NCBI GenBank assembly: GCA_951406725.2
Contig: OX597828.1
Coordinates: 29,078,001 to 29,142,000 of the forward strand
Direction: 5' to 3'
DNA from: Octopus vulgaris
Lineage: Eukaryota
Length of the DNA: 64,000 bases
The notes beneath the pieces are model-generated. The model did not search any database. It worked only from the letters and a program-made list of their open reading frames with translations, and was not told the origin of the DNA. Position numbers and translations under genes: made by a program. How positions within the stretch are numbered: the first letter of the stretch is position 1; every line of letters begins with the position of its first letter. Below are positions 31,241-44,425 of this stretch, one piece after another.

Positions 31241-32429
31241 TAGATATATACGACGGGCTTCTTTCAGTTTCCGTCTACCAAATCCACTCACGAGGCTTTG
31301 GTCGGCCCGAGGTTACAGTAGAAGACACTTGCCCAAGGTGCCATGTTGTGGGACTGAACCCAAAACCATGTGGTTGAAAAGCAAGCTTCTTACCACAGAA
31401 CCACACCTGCATATGTGTGTGTGTGTGTGTGTGTAGGAAGACAGATAGATTAGCTTGTACTTGGGGAAAGTATGTAATGTATGTAAATATGTATTTTAAT
31501 ATAACTAACATTGTCTCATTTTTAGTTTCCCCTTTCGCTTTTGTTCATATACTATTACACACACATACACACACACACACACACACATACAAACACACAC
31601 ACATACATACACACACGCACACACACACACACACTTGTGCGTCGGTTTACTGTTCGCTTGCACGTGTAACAGGCACCGGATTCCATTACCGAAGAGTGGT
31701 TATCATGTTTCTAAGCTGTGAATCTAGAGAGTCGAGGTGGGCAACAGATGTAAGAATTTCTAAACAAATTCCGTTTATATTAGAGACATGCTAATCTCTA
31801 TTTTACCGTTTTTGTATGGCGGGGAGGGGGGAAGGCGCGTGTGTGCGTGTGTGTGTGTGAGAGTGAGAAGTTTCTGTGTACTGTGTATGAGTGTGAGACG
31901 GAGAAAGAGAGAGAGAGGGAGAGAGGAGAGACAGAGTATGGGTATGTGGGAGAGAAGGAGAGAGAAAGAGAGACAGAGAAACACTAAGAGAGTGAGAGGG
32001 AAAAGGAAAGAGAGACATAGTGTTTGTATATATGTGAGTGTCAGAGAGAGAGAGAGAGAGAAAGAAAGAAAGAGAGAGGGTGGAAAGAAAGAGATAGAAC
32101 GAGTGTATGGGTGTGTTTGTGTGTATATGCGCGCGTGTGTGTGTGCATGCATGTGTGTGCATGTATGTGTCTTTGTGTGTGTGCATGTGTGTGTATGCGT
32201 GTGTGTGTATGTGTGTCTGTGTGTATGTATGTGTCTGTGTGCGTGCGTGCATATGTGTGTGTGTGAGAGAGAGATAGATTGTCTGCCCATGTGTGTATTT
32301 GAACTGTCAATACGAAAGAAACAGCATGGTAGGATGATAAAGAAGTTTTCTTTGCTTTCCCTTGGATATGATGGGGAATTCTCCACGGACTGGGAGAATG
32401 TTTTGACGTAGGTCACTCATATGTCCCGG

Positions 32430-32778
32430 AACCCGAGTAACAAGTATTTTGAGACTCGAGTGAACAAAATACAGAAGAATTGACAATCCATGCTGTCTTA
32501 AAAATGAAACTGCTTCGTGAGATTTGAGCCAAGTCACTGAGACTTCTTGGTCGTGTGATGAAGAAGGCGGTCCTGGAGAATTTAGTGATGATTGGAAAGA
32601 TTGAAGGGGAAAGAAGCAGAGAAAGGAGAAGGATGATATGGAGGTCAAGCTTAAAGAATTGGTTGGAAGAAAGAGGCATTAAAGACCAGCAGGTGGAATT
32701 GTTACAAAAAAAAACAAAGAATAAGAAATTGTGGCAGGACATACTCGCCAATGTCCTACATTCTGGACATGGAACCTA
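32430..32778 (+). mobile_element. RTE-clade LINE 3' remnant
   Basis: LRLLGRVMKKAVLENLVMIGKIEGERSRERRRMIW..W..ELLQ..KKLWQDILANVLHSGHGT matches the RTE C-terminus (FGH...G.IEG.R.RGR.R..W). Confidence 0.8.
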
Positions 32779-32779
32779 T

Positions 32780-32936
32780 CAGGGCTGGACTGAGAGTATT
32801 AAGGGCTCTCGGGCATAACTGTTCACCGGCCCCCTTAGCATTGATACCAAAGAGAGTTAACATGTAGAGTGCACGCCCCTCAGAGCTCCGGACCCTCGGA
32901 CAGTGCCCGATTAACAGACGGCTCAGTTCGCCCCTG
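32780..32936. mobile_element. hAT-like MITE
   Basis: Termini CAGGGCTGGACTGAG and CTCAGTTCGCCCCTG form an imperfect TIR. Flanks GAACCTAT / GCATCTAC match at 5 of 8. Confidence 0.5.
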
Positions 32937-34125
32937 GCATCTACCTAGTTATATACATAGTATCAAACAGATTTTATCTTAGGGCTACAGAAAATATACC
33001 AGTGTACGGTATACTCAACCACTTAAACGATTGAACCATTGATCGGAATACACTGGAATGTTCATCGTTTGAAACAGAGACGGGTATGTCAAAATAAAGG
33101 ATGAACGAACGCTTGAACTCGCGCACGTGTTGCCATTGTTGATGTTGTGGTTTGTTTAGCCTAAGTCAGCTCCGAGTGAGTAGCCCTGTAATCAAATCAA
33201 AGACGTTTCAGGCATAGCCATCCAGTCGTTAAGATAATATGATGTTACTTGATGAGATTTGGCTGCTATTTCTTACAGGTCGAGCGATAACGATCTGGAG
33301 GCTCTTGTGCATACCTATTTCTTTACTACCCACAAGGGGCTAAACACAGAGAGGACAAACAAGGACAGACAAACGGATCAAGTCGATTATATCGACCCCA
33401 GTCCGCTGCCCTAACCACTGGGCCATTGCACCTCCACTAGTATATATATATATATGTGTATATATGTGTGTGTGTTTGTCCCCCACCCCCAACATCGCTT
33501 GACAACCGATGCCGGTGTGTTTATGTCCCCGTAACTTAGAGGTTCGGCAAAGAGACCGATAGAATAAGTATTAGGGTTACAAAGAATAAGTTCTGGGATC
33601 GATTTGTTCAACTAAAGGTGGTGCTCCAGCATGGCTGCAGTCAACTGACTGAAACAAAATAATAAAAAAAAGTAAGTGTTGATTTCATCTTCATGCAATA
33701 TTTAATGGAAGGTGTATACAAGCACCGAAAATATATATTTCGTTATTGCCCACAAGGGGCTAAACATAGAGGGGACAAACAAGGACAGACAAAGGAATTA
33801 AGTCGATTACATCGACCCCAGTGCGTAACTGGTACTTAATTTATCGACCCCGAAAGGATGAAAGGCAAAGTCGACCTCGGCAGAATTGAACTCAGAACGT
33901 AGCGGCAGACGAAATATCACTAAGCATTTCGCCCGGCGTGCTAACGTTTCTCCCAGCTTGCCGCCTCTTGTGCATACCGGTGTGTCGAGTGCCAAGGATA
34001 TTGCAGTTCTTTTGAAACGAGGAAAATCATTTCAGGGTTAATTACCCTCGATTAAATTATCTCAGCTCAGAAAATTGACTGACTTTCCCTCTTATTTTTA
34101 TATCATTATATTAATTGCAATAAAT

Positions 34126-34772
34126 CAGTGGTACTCAACCGCGGTCCATATCACCTTTGTGGGGGGTAGGGCTGGGGTTTGTGACCCTTGAGGCTCCATA
34201 TGATCTTGGCGGGTTGGAGGTCATGCTGGAGCACCGCCTTTAGTCGAACAAATCGACCCTAGGACTTATTCCTTGTAAGCCTAGTACCTATTCTATCGGT
34301 TTCTTTTGCCGAACCGCTAAGTTACGGGGACACGCCATCATCGGTTGTCAGGTGATTGGGGGGGGGGCACAAACACAGACACACACACACTCACACACAC
34401 ACACTCTCTCTCACACACACATACACACACACACATATATATACGATGAGCTTCTTTCAGTTTCCGTCTGCCAAATCCACTCACAAGGCTTTGGTCAACC
34501 CAAGGCTATAGTAGAAGACACTTGCCTAAGGTACCGCGCAGTGGGACTGAACCCGGCACCATGTGGTTGGTAAGCAAGCAACTTACCACACAGCCACACC
34601 CGTGCCTATTCTACAATACACAAAATATTTTAACAATTTTTTTTAATGCAATTCCCAAAAATATTTAATCATAAAAATATAATGGGATTTAAAAAAAAAA
34701 CATCGAACGGCTATGAAGGGGCCAAATAGGGATCAAAAGAGTCCACAAATGAAAATTGATTGAGGACCTCTG
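34126..34772. mobile_element. hAT-like MITE carrying a SINE B insertion
   Basis: Left end CAGTGGTACTCAACC, right end GATTGAGGACCTCTG. Flanks CAATAAAT / TATCAAAT match at 5 of 8. Confidence 0.55.
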
Positions 34773-35195
34773 TATCAAATGACCCTTAACCATGTATACA
34801 CAAGTGTGCCCCATCTCCGGCTCTTTTTCCTCATAACTTTCAGAAAAATCTATATTCTTGGATGGAATTTCCCACAAATATCCTTCAGATTGTGTAGATT
34901 CCAATTATATCGGAATTATGTGTGAAGAAAAACAAATTTCTTTCGGAGAAGTCTCGGATAATTCTTACGAGTCGAATTTCTTTCCCCATGACTGAGAAAA
35001 ATGGATATTTTTTTTTTTAATGAAATTTTCTAAAAATCCCTTTCTGATTTTATAGATTAATGAATATATCGGAATTGAATATAAGAAAAAAAAAAAAAAA
35101 GATGGTGCGCACACCAGCATGGCCACAGCTCATGAGCTGAAACTAGAATCAATCAATCAATCAATCATACATACTAACATGTCATATAATTCAGT

Positions 35196-35837
<642 letters not shown>

Positions 35838-35962
35838 GATAATTCTTACGAGTCGAATTTCTTTCCTCATGACTGAGAAAAATGGGGGGGGGGGGTTTCT
35901 AATAAAATTTTCTACAAATACCTTTCTGATATTACAGATTACGAATATATCGAAATTGAAAA

Positions 35963-36025
35963 TGGTGTAGTGGTTAAGAGCGAGGCTACTAACACCAAGA
36001 TTCCGAGTTCGATTCCAAGCAGCGA

Positions 36026-36090
<65 letters not shown>

Positions 36091-36230
36091 TCAAAAAATA
36101 CCTCAGGAATGAGAACCCAGGTTCAAAATTACCCCCAAGACACATGAAGAAGGCTGGAGGGTATATCAGCCGAAACATGGTGTTAACAACAAACAAGATG
36201 AGGACAAATATCCGTCGAATGTCACATAAT
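35963..36230 (+). mobile_element. Family D copy 2 (tRNA head + (AAT)n + hammerhead motif)
   Basis: Box A TGGTGTAGTGG, box B GAGTTCGATTCC (36005-36016), (AAT)n 36030-36089, gacac-ATGAAGA-a-GGCTG..CAGCC-GAAAC-atg-gtgtt at 36139-36184. Confidence 0.8.
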
Positions 36231-36792
36231 TGTTGTCAAAATGTTCTAATTCCGCCGAGGTCGACTTTGATTTTCATCCTTTCGGGGTCGATAAATTAAG
36301 TTCGAGATAAACACTGGGGTCGATCTAATCGATTATCCTAACTCCCCCAAATTTCAAGCCTTGTGTCTAGAGTGGAAAGGATAATTGCTGTCAAAATGTT
36401 AAGTTTCATTTTGTAGACATTTCTGCGACGTGTGTGAGTATGTCTTTGAGCGCGCTTCCAATATGAGCGGAATCTACGGCATCTGAAATGGTTTTTGTTG
36501 AAAATTTCACTAAGAAGAAAAAAAAAATCCATTTTTCTGAAAGTTATGAAGAAACAAAACCCTTGTAGGGGACACACATGTATAGGTAACTTTAATCTTT
36601 TGTTTCAATCATTGGACTACGGCCATGCTGGGGCACCGGTTTGAAGGGTTTTAGTTAGTTTTTAAAGCCTGGTACTTATTCTGTCGGTGTCATACGCCGA
36701 ACCGCTAGGTTATAGGGACGCAAACAAAACAACAATGGTTGTCGAACGGGGGACGAACACACATACATACACACCTATCCATCCATCCATCC

Positions 36793-36847
<55 letters not shown>

Positions 36848-37974
36848 CATGCATACATACATACATACATACATACATACATACATACATACATACATAC
36901 ATACATACATACACACGAAGAGCTTCTAGTTTCCGTCTATCAAAACCACTCGCAAAGCTTTGGTTAGCCCTGGGCTATAGTAGAAGAAATTTACCCAAGG
37001 TACCACGCTGTAGGACTGAACCCGGAACAATGTGGATGAGAAGCAGACTCCTTACCCCTTACCCCCATGCACACACACACACAGAGTCAGTCGCGCTTGC
37101 CTTATATTATATATTTAAATGTATTAGATATTACACCCTTATAGCATCAAACATTTTATCCATGTAAACAGTCACTAGATATGGCAAAAATAACTCGCTA
37201 CACTTTCTGGATAAGGTGATCGTCTTACTAAATAAACCACCCAGAGATAACGTTCTCTCTTCCTTCACGCCTTGCTTCCTTCGAGGCAACGAGGAAGCCT
37301 CTACGTGGTCGTTTCATCTGCTAAAAATAACTGCCATACTAATGCAGTTCACACCCCGTCATCTTAAAGTAAATAAAGAAAAAGCAAGAACACGTTAAAT
37401 GATTGCAATAAATCAGTAGTACTCAACCGCGGTCCATATCACCCTTGTGGGGGTAGGGCTGGGGTTTATGACCCTTGAGGCTCCATATGATCTTGGCGGG
37501 TTGGGGGGTCATGCTGGAGCACCGCCTTTAGTCGAACAAATCGACCCCAGGACTTATTTCTTGTAAGCCTAGAATCTATTCTATCGGTTCCTTTTGCCGA
37601 ACCGCTAGGTTACGGGGGACACGCCATCATCGGTTGTCAGGCGATTGGGGGGGGGGCACAAACACACACATACACACACACACACACACTCACACACACA
37701 CACACACATGATTGAAATATAAAATATGATTGAAATATAAAAAAAATAGGCTGATCATTGCTAGGACACATACATTCGATAATTTTGTCTGTTCGCACAA
37801 TTGCTGTCCTGGAGTTAAAACAACAGCAATAACGACCTGCCGAAAATGGTAACCAAATTTCTCTCAAATCTCATTTATTATATGAAAAAAAAAAAAGAAA
37901 TTTTAACGGGTGGGAGATACGGATAAGGTAGACCTAATTTACACCATGCCTAAATGAAAGATGCGGTGGTAATA

Positions 37975-38201
37975 GGTAGCCGGCAAAATCGTTAGCACGC
38001 CGGGCGAAATGCTTAGCCGTATTTCGTCTGTCTCTACGTTCTGGGTTCAAATTCCGCCGAGGTCGACTTTGCCTTTCATCCTTTCGGGGTCGATAAATTA
38101 AGTACAAGTTACGCATTGGGGTCGATGTAATCGACTTAATCCGTTTGTCTGTCCTTGTTTGTCCTCTCTGTGTTTAGCCCCTTGTGGGTAGTAAAGAAAT
38201 A
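37975..38201 (+). mobile_element. SINE family A, tail-1 copy
   Basis: Matches the 41040 copy. GGTAATAGGT is repeated on both sides. Other A copies lie at about 9722, 19010, 21290, 33735, 36245, 41693, 41932, 44862, 45240, 46063, 46345, 47010 and 60120. Confidence 0.9.
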
Positions 38202-38624
38202 GGTAATAGGTGGACCATGTTTGATCATAAGTCAGGTCGGTCAACAACAAAGCTATTAACCTGCTAGAAATAACAGCTAAATCTCCTTGAAATCAAATCT
38301 TCCTGTCTCTGCTCTGGAAAGCTAATGATAGATTCATAAGGCAATTTTAGTTATGTGCATTCGCAAAAGGATTAAATGGATGATCCCTGAAGTGTGGGAT
38401 TTAGGTACTTTTTTTATAATTTTATTGGTATTCACTTCGAAATTCCGCCGTGGTCGGCCAACCACCGGCTAAGCTTCGAGACTTTGTATACGTGTGTGTG
38501 TGTGTCTGTGCATGTGTGTGTATGTGTGTGTGTGTGTGTGTGTTCGTATGTGAATACGTGTACGGAGGGCGGTAGTACGGAGGCAAGTTAACATGCAGCG
38601 GTTGCATGCACACCAAATAATAAC

Positions 38625-38714
<90 letters not shown>

Positions 38715-38791
38715 AAGAAGAAAAATAATAAATAATGAAACCTAAAAGTAAACAAGCAACGAACGAATAAAATTAATGTTTATGAACTTAC

Positions 38792-38893
38792 TTTTTTAAT
38801 TGAAAGTTGTTGTCTAAAATCGAGTCCACCTTGTAAACGGAATCCCCACGATTCACCTGGGCCTTTTTGCAAGTGAATTACGGTAGCTGCCAT
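38792..38893 (-). CDS. First coding exon of a PDZ-domain protein of the ALP/Enigma/Zasp (PDZ-LIM) type
   Basis: Translates MAATVIHLQKGPGESWGFRLQGGLDFRQQLSIKK, with the family motif WGFRLQGG.DF...L.I. ATG in ATCATGG context, in-frame TAG at 38908-38906 upstream, phase-0 donor AAA|GTAAGT at 38791. Vertebrate PDLIM genes have a phase-0 intron at the equivalent position. Confidence 0.92.
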
Positions 38894-39780
38894 GATAATG
38901 ATCTCCTACTCACTGTGTACTTGGATATAGAAATATTTTTCCTTTTATTTTTATTTTATTCCTCTTCTCCCGTTTCGTCTTTCTCTCGTTCAATTATATT
39001 CTGTATTTTATTATTATTATTATGAACGATCAAAATTATAGGTAAAAGTTGATCCAAATTCACTGATCAAATCAGCCCTTTTTTTTTTTATTGTTTAAGA
39101 CCGATAATCTGATCCACTGATTTTCTTAATACTTTTTTTTTTCTTTCTGCTACCGACTGACTGATTCAGTATTGATTGGTTCGGTTCGGTTCGTTGGGTC
39201 AGCTAGCTATTTGACAAACTGATTCCTTGATTTAACGATCGATCGGTTGATTTCGTTATACGTTGAGTTCAATCGTAAACACTCTGCTTAACAGTTGGTT
39301 TAGCTGTGTGTTAATCTAACAAGGTTTTTTTTAAGATGGACAAAAAATTACGTCAGTCGGCAGAGAAGAAGAAGCTCGATCCACCAAAACAAGCAGCGAA
39401 TAAATCTATCTTTCTAAAAGAGACTCTCGAAAAAAAAAAGCGATGATAAAAATATACGTAGTAGAAAGTAAAAACAAACAAGAAAAAAAAAGTAAAACAA
39501 AGAAGGTAAGGTTTAATGAGATAAGATGATGATGATGATGATGATGATGCTCCGCCTCCCGCGGGCTTCAAATTGACGTCTCAGATTCAGATAAATAAAA
39601 GAGGGAAGAGTAACACTTTTGTCGTCTTGCCTCGCTCTTTTTCCCTCTTATGGTTGTTAGCTTCGGTCAGGTTTTCAAAGCGAGCAGCAGTTACGAGCAA
39701 CAAGTCAGTAGCGACCGTGGAGGGGAGGGGGAGCAGGCAAGCGAGGGTGGTGTCGGGAGCGGAGAGCAGGATGTAGATAT
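38894..39780 (-). promoter_or_regulatory. Putative 5' UTR and proximal promoter of the PDZ gene
   Basis: TE-free, CpG-retaining unique DNA. CRE-like TTACGTCA (about 39348) and TGACGTCT (about 39574), GC box CTCCGCCTCC (about 39550), CArG-like CCTCTTATGG (39644-39653), Inr-like TCAGT repeats (about 39155). TSS not determinable. Confidence 0.5.
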
Positions 39781-39829
39781 ATGCAGTGTGCGCGAAGTGT
39801 GCGTGCGTGCGTGCATATATATATATATA

Positions 39830-40055
39830 TGTATGCGAGTGCGTGGGTATAGCTATATGTGTGTGTGTGTGTGTGTGTGCGTGTGTATGCGAGTGCGTGG
39901 GTATAGCTATATGTGTGTGTGTGTGTGTGTGCGTGTGTATGCGAGTGCGTGGGTATAGCTATATGTGCGTGTGTGTGTGTGCGTGTGTATGCGAGTGCGT
40001 GAGTATAGCTATATGTGTGTGCGTGTTAATGCGAGTGCGTGGGTATAGCTATGTG
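39830..40055. repeat. Minisatellite, about 50-bp unit, 5 copies
   Basis: ATGCGAGTGCGTGGGTATAGCTAT(AT)(GT)n recurs five times. Confidence 0.9.
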
Positions 40056-40101
40056 TGTGTGTGCGTGTGTGTGTGTATGCGTGTGTGCGTGTGTGCGAGT
40101 G

Positions 40102-40133
<32 letters not shown>

Positions 40134-40255
40134 CCTCTGTGTGTATGTGTGTGTGCGCGCGTGCGTGTGTGTGTGTGTGTGTATGCGTCGTGGGTGTTGG
40201 CATGTAGTAGAGATTTTGCTTTTCATCTTTATATTTTTGAATATGGATGGAAGGC

Positions 40256-40328
<73 letters not shown>

Positions 40329-40851
40329 AGATTATGAAATAGGGTGAAAAAGAAAGAGAGAGAGAGAGAGTGGGGGAGGAGGAGGATGACTTAGCGAAAG
40401 AGAGAAAGAAAAAAGGAAAAAGGAAGAAAATGAAGGGTTTGAGAAAGAGAGAATGAGCGAGGTTTAATATGTTTAATTACTGAAATAACTTTGTAATAAG
40501 TGGTGCTTGGTGTTGTTGTGGTTCTGGTTGTAGCTGTTTATCCACCACCACCACCAAAGTCAGCCCTGGTCGAAAAGGCCTGAGTTCAAACCGAGACCGC
40601 CCAAGTCTTTTCCCCATTATCGAACATGCCATCGGTGCTTTCCTATCATCAGCAGCCAATTTATTAGTTATTAAAAAAGGGATTATTGAATTAACTGTGA
40701 CACATGTGAGACAGGATGTAATGGTTGATCGGGTGGACTTCTCGGAATAACCCATCACTGTCTCATGGAATTGGAAAAGGGCAACGAATTCGGGGTTGTT
40801 GGTTCATTCTCTCTGAAATACTTTTATTGTCCAAAGCATTTAATTTTTTAA

Positions 40852-41318
40852 CCCTTTCGTTTCTGTATTTCTGTTGAGATGCTCTGTGTTTCTTTCAATT
40901 ATTTTAAATATAACAAAGAATTTCGTAAAATAACTTAGTTATCATTCAGCTAGTGTTAGGAACATAAATTGTGACTAAAGTTTGGTGGGAGATTTTAATT
41001 CAAAACTTATGAAAACAAGACATTTATATTCAGAGCCAGGGCGGCGAGCTGGCAGACACGTTAGCGCGCCGGGCGGAATGCTTAGCGGTATTTCGTCTGT
41101 CGTTACGTTGTGAGTTCAAATTCCGCCGAGGTCGACTTTGCCTTTCATCCTTTCGGGGTCGATAAATAAAAGTACCAGTTTCGCACTGGGGTCGATGTAA
41201 TCGACTTAATCCCTTTGTCTGTCCTTGTTTGTCCTCTCTATGTTTAGCCCCTTGTGGGCAATAAAGAAATATATACTCAGAGCCAGAGCCGGTTTCAGCC
41301 GGGTTAGTAATGAAAGGG
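40852..41318. mobile_element. piggyBac-like MITE containing a SINE A insertion
   Basis: TTAA|CCCTTTCGTT ... TAATGAAAGGG|TTGT. The right TSD is degenerate. Confidence 0.6.
41040..41271 (+). mobile_element. SINE family A full-length reference copy (tRNA-derived, tail 1) with 15-bp TSD
   Basis: GGCGGCGAGCTGGCAGA head, box B GAGTTCAAATTCC, tail GCCCCTTGTGGGCAATAAAGAAAT. TSD TATATTCAGAGCCAG (41025-41039) / TATACTCAGAGCCAG (41272-41286). Confidence 0.92.
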
Positions 41319-42399
41319 TTGTCAATAATAGATAAAATACTGCCTGATTATTTTATCTACGGCTGCACGATGTGATTTGAAGAAGGTTTTTTTCTACTAT
41401 GTTTAGCATGTCGAGCAACCAGGTAGAGGCTCCTTGTGATTTTGAATAAGAAATGAAGTGATTGTTCATATCATTGTCCATGTTGTTGTTTTTGTAACCT
41501 CAACCCTAATCGAGAAAACCTATGATCAAAAACATTCCAACCGTACTTCTCCTGTCCTTTTAAGGGGATCTGTAGAACTCCATTATTCCATGTCCTTCCT
41601 TCTTTAAGGTAATTGTGTGTGACTGTCGGGAGAATTGGCTGCTATTTCTAGCAGGTCAAGTGCATGGTTGTTATTATAAAAAAAAAACACTAAGGCGGCG
41701 AGTGGACAGAATAGTTAGCACACCGGATGAAATACTTAACGGCATTTCGTCCGTCTTTACGTTCTGAGTTCAAATTCTGTCGAGGTCGACTTTGTCTTTC
41801 ATCCCTTTCGGGGTCGATAAAAACGTACCAGTTGAGTACTGGGGTCGATGTAATACACCTAACGACTTCCCTCGAAATTGCTGGCCTTGTGCTAAAATTT
41901 GAAATCATTATTATAAATAAAAGCATTAATGAAGGCGGCGAGCTGATTGATTCATTGGTGCGTCGGACAAAATGCTTGGCGGTATTTCCCCGGGTTCTTT
42001 ACATTCTGAGTTCGAATCCCACTTAGGTCAACTCTGCCTTTCTTCCTTTTGGGGTGTCGATAAAATAAGTACCGGCGTTCAGCTAGGGTCAACTACATCG
42101 ACCCCTCACCCATGATATCAGGCTTGGTTCCTAAAGCGTGGTGGTGGTGGGGGCGGGTCTTGTTAGCTCGTCGGACATCATGTTTTGGCGGCCATTGCTT
42201 CTGACTCTTTTCGTAAGCGTCAACTTCGCCTTTTCTTCCTTTGAAGGTCGATGAAATAAAGCACGAGTCAAGTGCTGGAGGATGGGGGGGGGGTCGATGA
42301 GATCAATTAACCCCGCTTCTGGGGAGTGGCGGTCCGCAAAGGTAGTATTGGGGGGGGCTCTGTGGACTAAATTCAAAATTTCATATACATATATATATA

Positions 42400-42696
42400 T
42401 CACCGTGATCACCGTGACCGACCAGGTTATCAGATGTTGCTACACACCGCTGGTCACAATGCGCTTTACATTGTTTTAGCCTTCAAATGACGCCACCCCG
42501 CTGGTTAAGCGAGCAGGCCAACAGAAGAAAGAGTGAGAGAAAGTTGTGGCGAAAGAGTACAGCAGGGGTCGCCACCACCCCCTGCCGGAGCCTCGTGGAG
42601 CTTTAGGTGTTTTCGCTCAATAAACACTCACAACGCCCGGTCTGGGAATCGAAACCGCGAGTCCGCTGCCCTAACTACTGGGCCATTGCGCCTCCA
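42400..42696 (-). mobile_element. SINE family C copy with alternative 3' half
   Basis: Head GGAGGCGCAATGGCCCAGTAGTTAGGGCAGCGGACTCGCGG matches 44426, but the tail is ..GTAGCAACATCTGATAACCTGGTCGGTCACGGTGATCACGGTGAT. Confidence 0.85.
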
Positions 42697-42698
42697 AA

Positions 42699-42759
<61 letters not shown>

Positions 42760-43199
42760 GATAAAACTTACTTGGAAATGGATGCGTGGCGTTCGATCAT
42801 ATAATAATATAAATAATATATAAATATATGCATATATACATACGTATATATGTGCATACCTACATATATATATGTATATAGACATGCATACATGGGTACA
42901 GGACATAAAAAAAAACGTGAACAAAATGAGAAATGAGAACATAAAAAAACAAAAGCATAGAAAACGAACTTTTTTTTCGAACAACGAAAGAAACAGAGAA
43001 ACAAGACAGGCAACATAAATAACATTCCCTTCATCAGTTGCTCCCTTCATCAGTAGGGAGCGTTGTGCGTCGAACAATGTTGAGGCAACATTGTTAATAT
43101 TCCTCTCCTTGCAAAATTTTCCCAGTGTCAGTATAAGAAATTGTATTTGGTGCTACTATTTGCCCTTGCTTCGTTGAGTTTGGAAAGCAGTCTCTCCAA

Positions 43200-43810
43200 G
43201 ACTAGTGAGCTTCATGCCATTTATGTTCTGTTTAAAAACTGCTGCAACTCAACACCTGCAGAAAAGACATGGGCTGGGCAAAGATTCCAGACGGACGATG
43301 TCCTTGGGGGAGAAAGGATTGGGCATAATGATTAGTGCTGAACTGTGGAGATTGGGTGCCAAAAATGAATGAAAAGTAGGGAGACGAGTGGGTCGTAGTC
43401 GGATTGAGTGCAACCAGCTCCGAAGAACAAAAACTGGCGCTGTCTTCACTTTCTGCGTTTTCCACATTCGAACCATCTCGTATTTGAGAGGACTGTATAT
43501 GTCTGTTTTTCGCCTCCTTTCATAACTATTCGTGGGTCAAAGGGGCACGCAACCTCAATTATATCACCCATGTGGTTCACTTTGTCCATCCACCGCCACT
43601 AGGTCCGGCTTGTTCTCAAGTACCTGGTCTGTTTGGATAGGAAATCACACAGGATTTTACAGGTCTCCGACTTCACCACCCGCTGTGGGGTTTTCCTCAT
43701 ACCACGCATTCCATTTCTCTGACCCCCACCCACTTTTCACATAGTTTCCAATGCAGAGTTTTAGCCACCCTATTGTGTCGCTACAGTTTATATTACTTGC
43801 TAGCCTTGTA
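43200..43810 (-). mobile_element. Juxtaposed LINE remnants: R4/Dong-like piece (43600-43810) and CR1/L2-like RT C-terminus (43200-43600)
   Basis: RHNRVAKTLHWKLCEKW..WYEE..CKILCDF.IQTDQVLENKPD, then FCSSEL..TNHYAQSFL..SSVWNLCPAHVF..ELQQF (frameshifted). Confidence 0.7.
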
Positions 43811-43854
43811 CCTAAATAAGAAAAGATTACTACTACTACTACTACTACTACTAT

Positions 43855-44410
43855 TGAGTGAGAGAGCGACGCATGCCATCGAAGTCAGACTGGGGTACAA
43901 ATATACGAAACCCAATATACCCATCATAACTACCTGTCTGATAAGGGAACATCAGGCACATGCATCACAACCATATGCGAGTGACATGGTGATCTTATAT
44001 CAAGATAAACAGCGCATGACCTTGCAGGTGGGGCCCAGTTAGAATTTTCTTCCGGTTGAGTAGCCCATCCCACTCAAAAGGTCTCTGAATAAGGTTTGTT
44101 TAAGGACGATGAACGAAACACCCATATTTCCAAAGGCGAATTATTCAAACCCCAAAGAATTCCTCTCAACACATGGCTATGATGCTCCCCCATTACTTCT
44201 GCTTGTGATCAGAGATGCACATATTGTCAGCCATCAAGGACACGCTTAACTGATTAAGGTTAAGCAACTGACAAGTCTGTGGTATCGAACAGAATATTTG
44301 CTGTAGCCCATATTTTATACCATCACGAAACAAATGTACATGACAACACTTCCAATCAGTTAAGATCAGAAGCCATGAGAGCCACTGCTTGGTACTGCAT
44401 CAGGGCATTT
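43855..44410. mobile_element. Unclassified about 550-bp non-coding insertion flanked by (ACT)n/(ATT)n
   Basis: Discrete block between trinucleotide repeats, no credible ORF. Confidence 0.35.
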
Positions 44411-44425
44411 ATTATTATTATTATT

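Noticed and set aside
43025-43060. Two CTGATGA motifs on the minus strand
   Set aside because: A short local duplication with no downstream helix II/GAAA.
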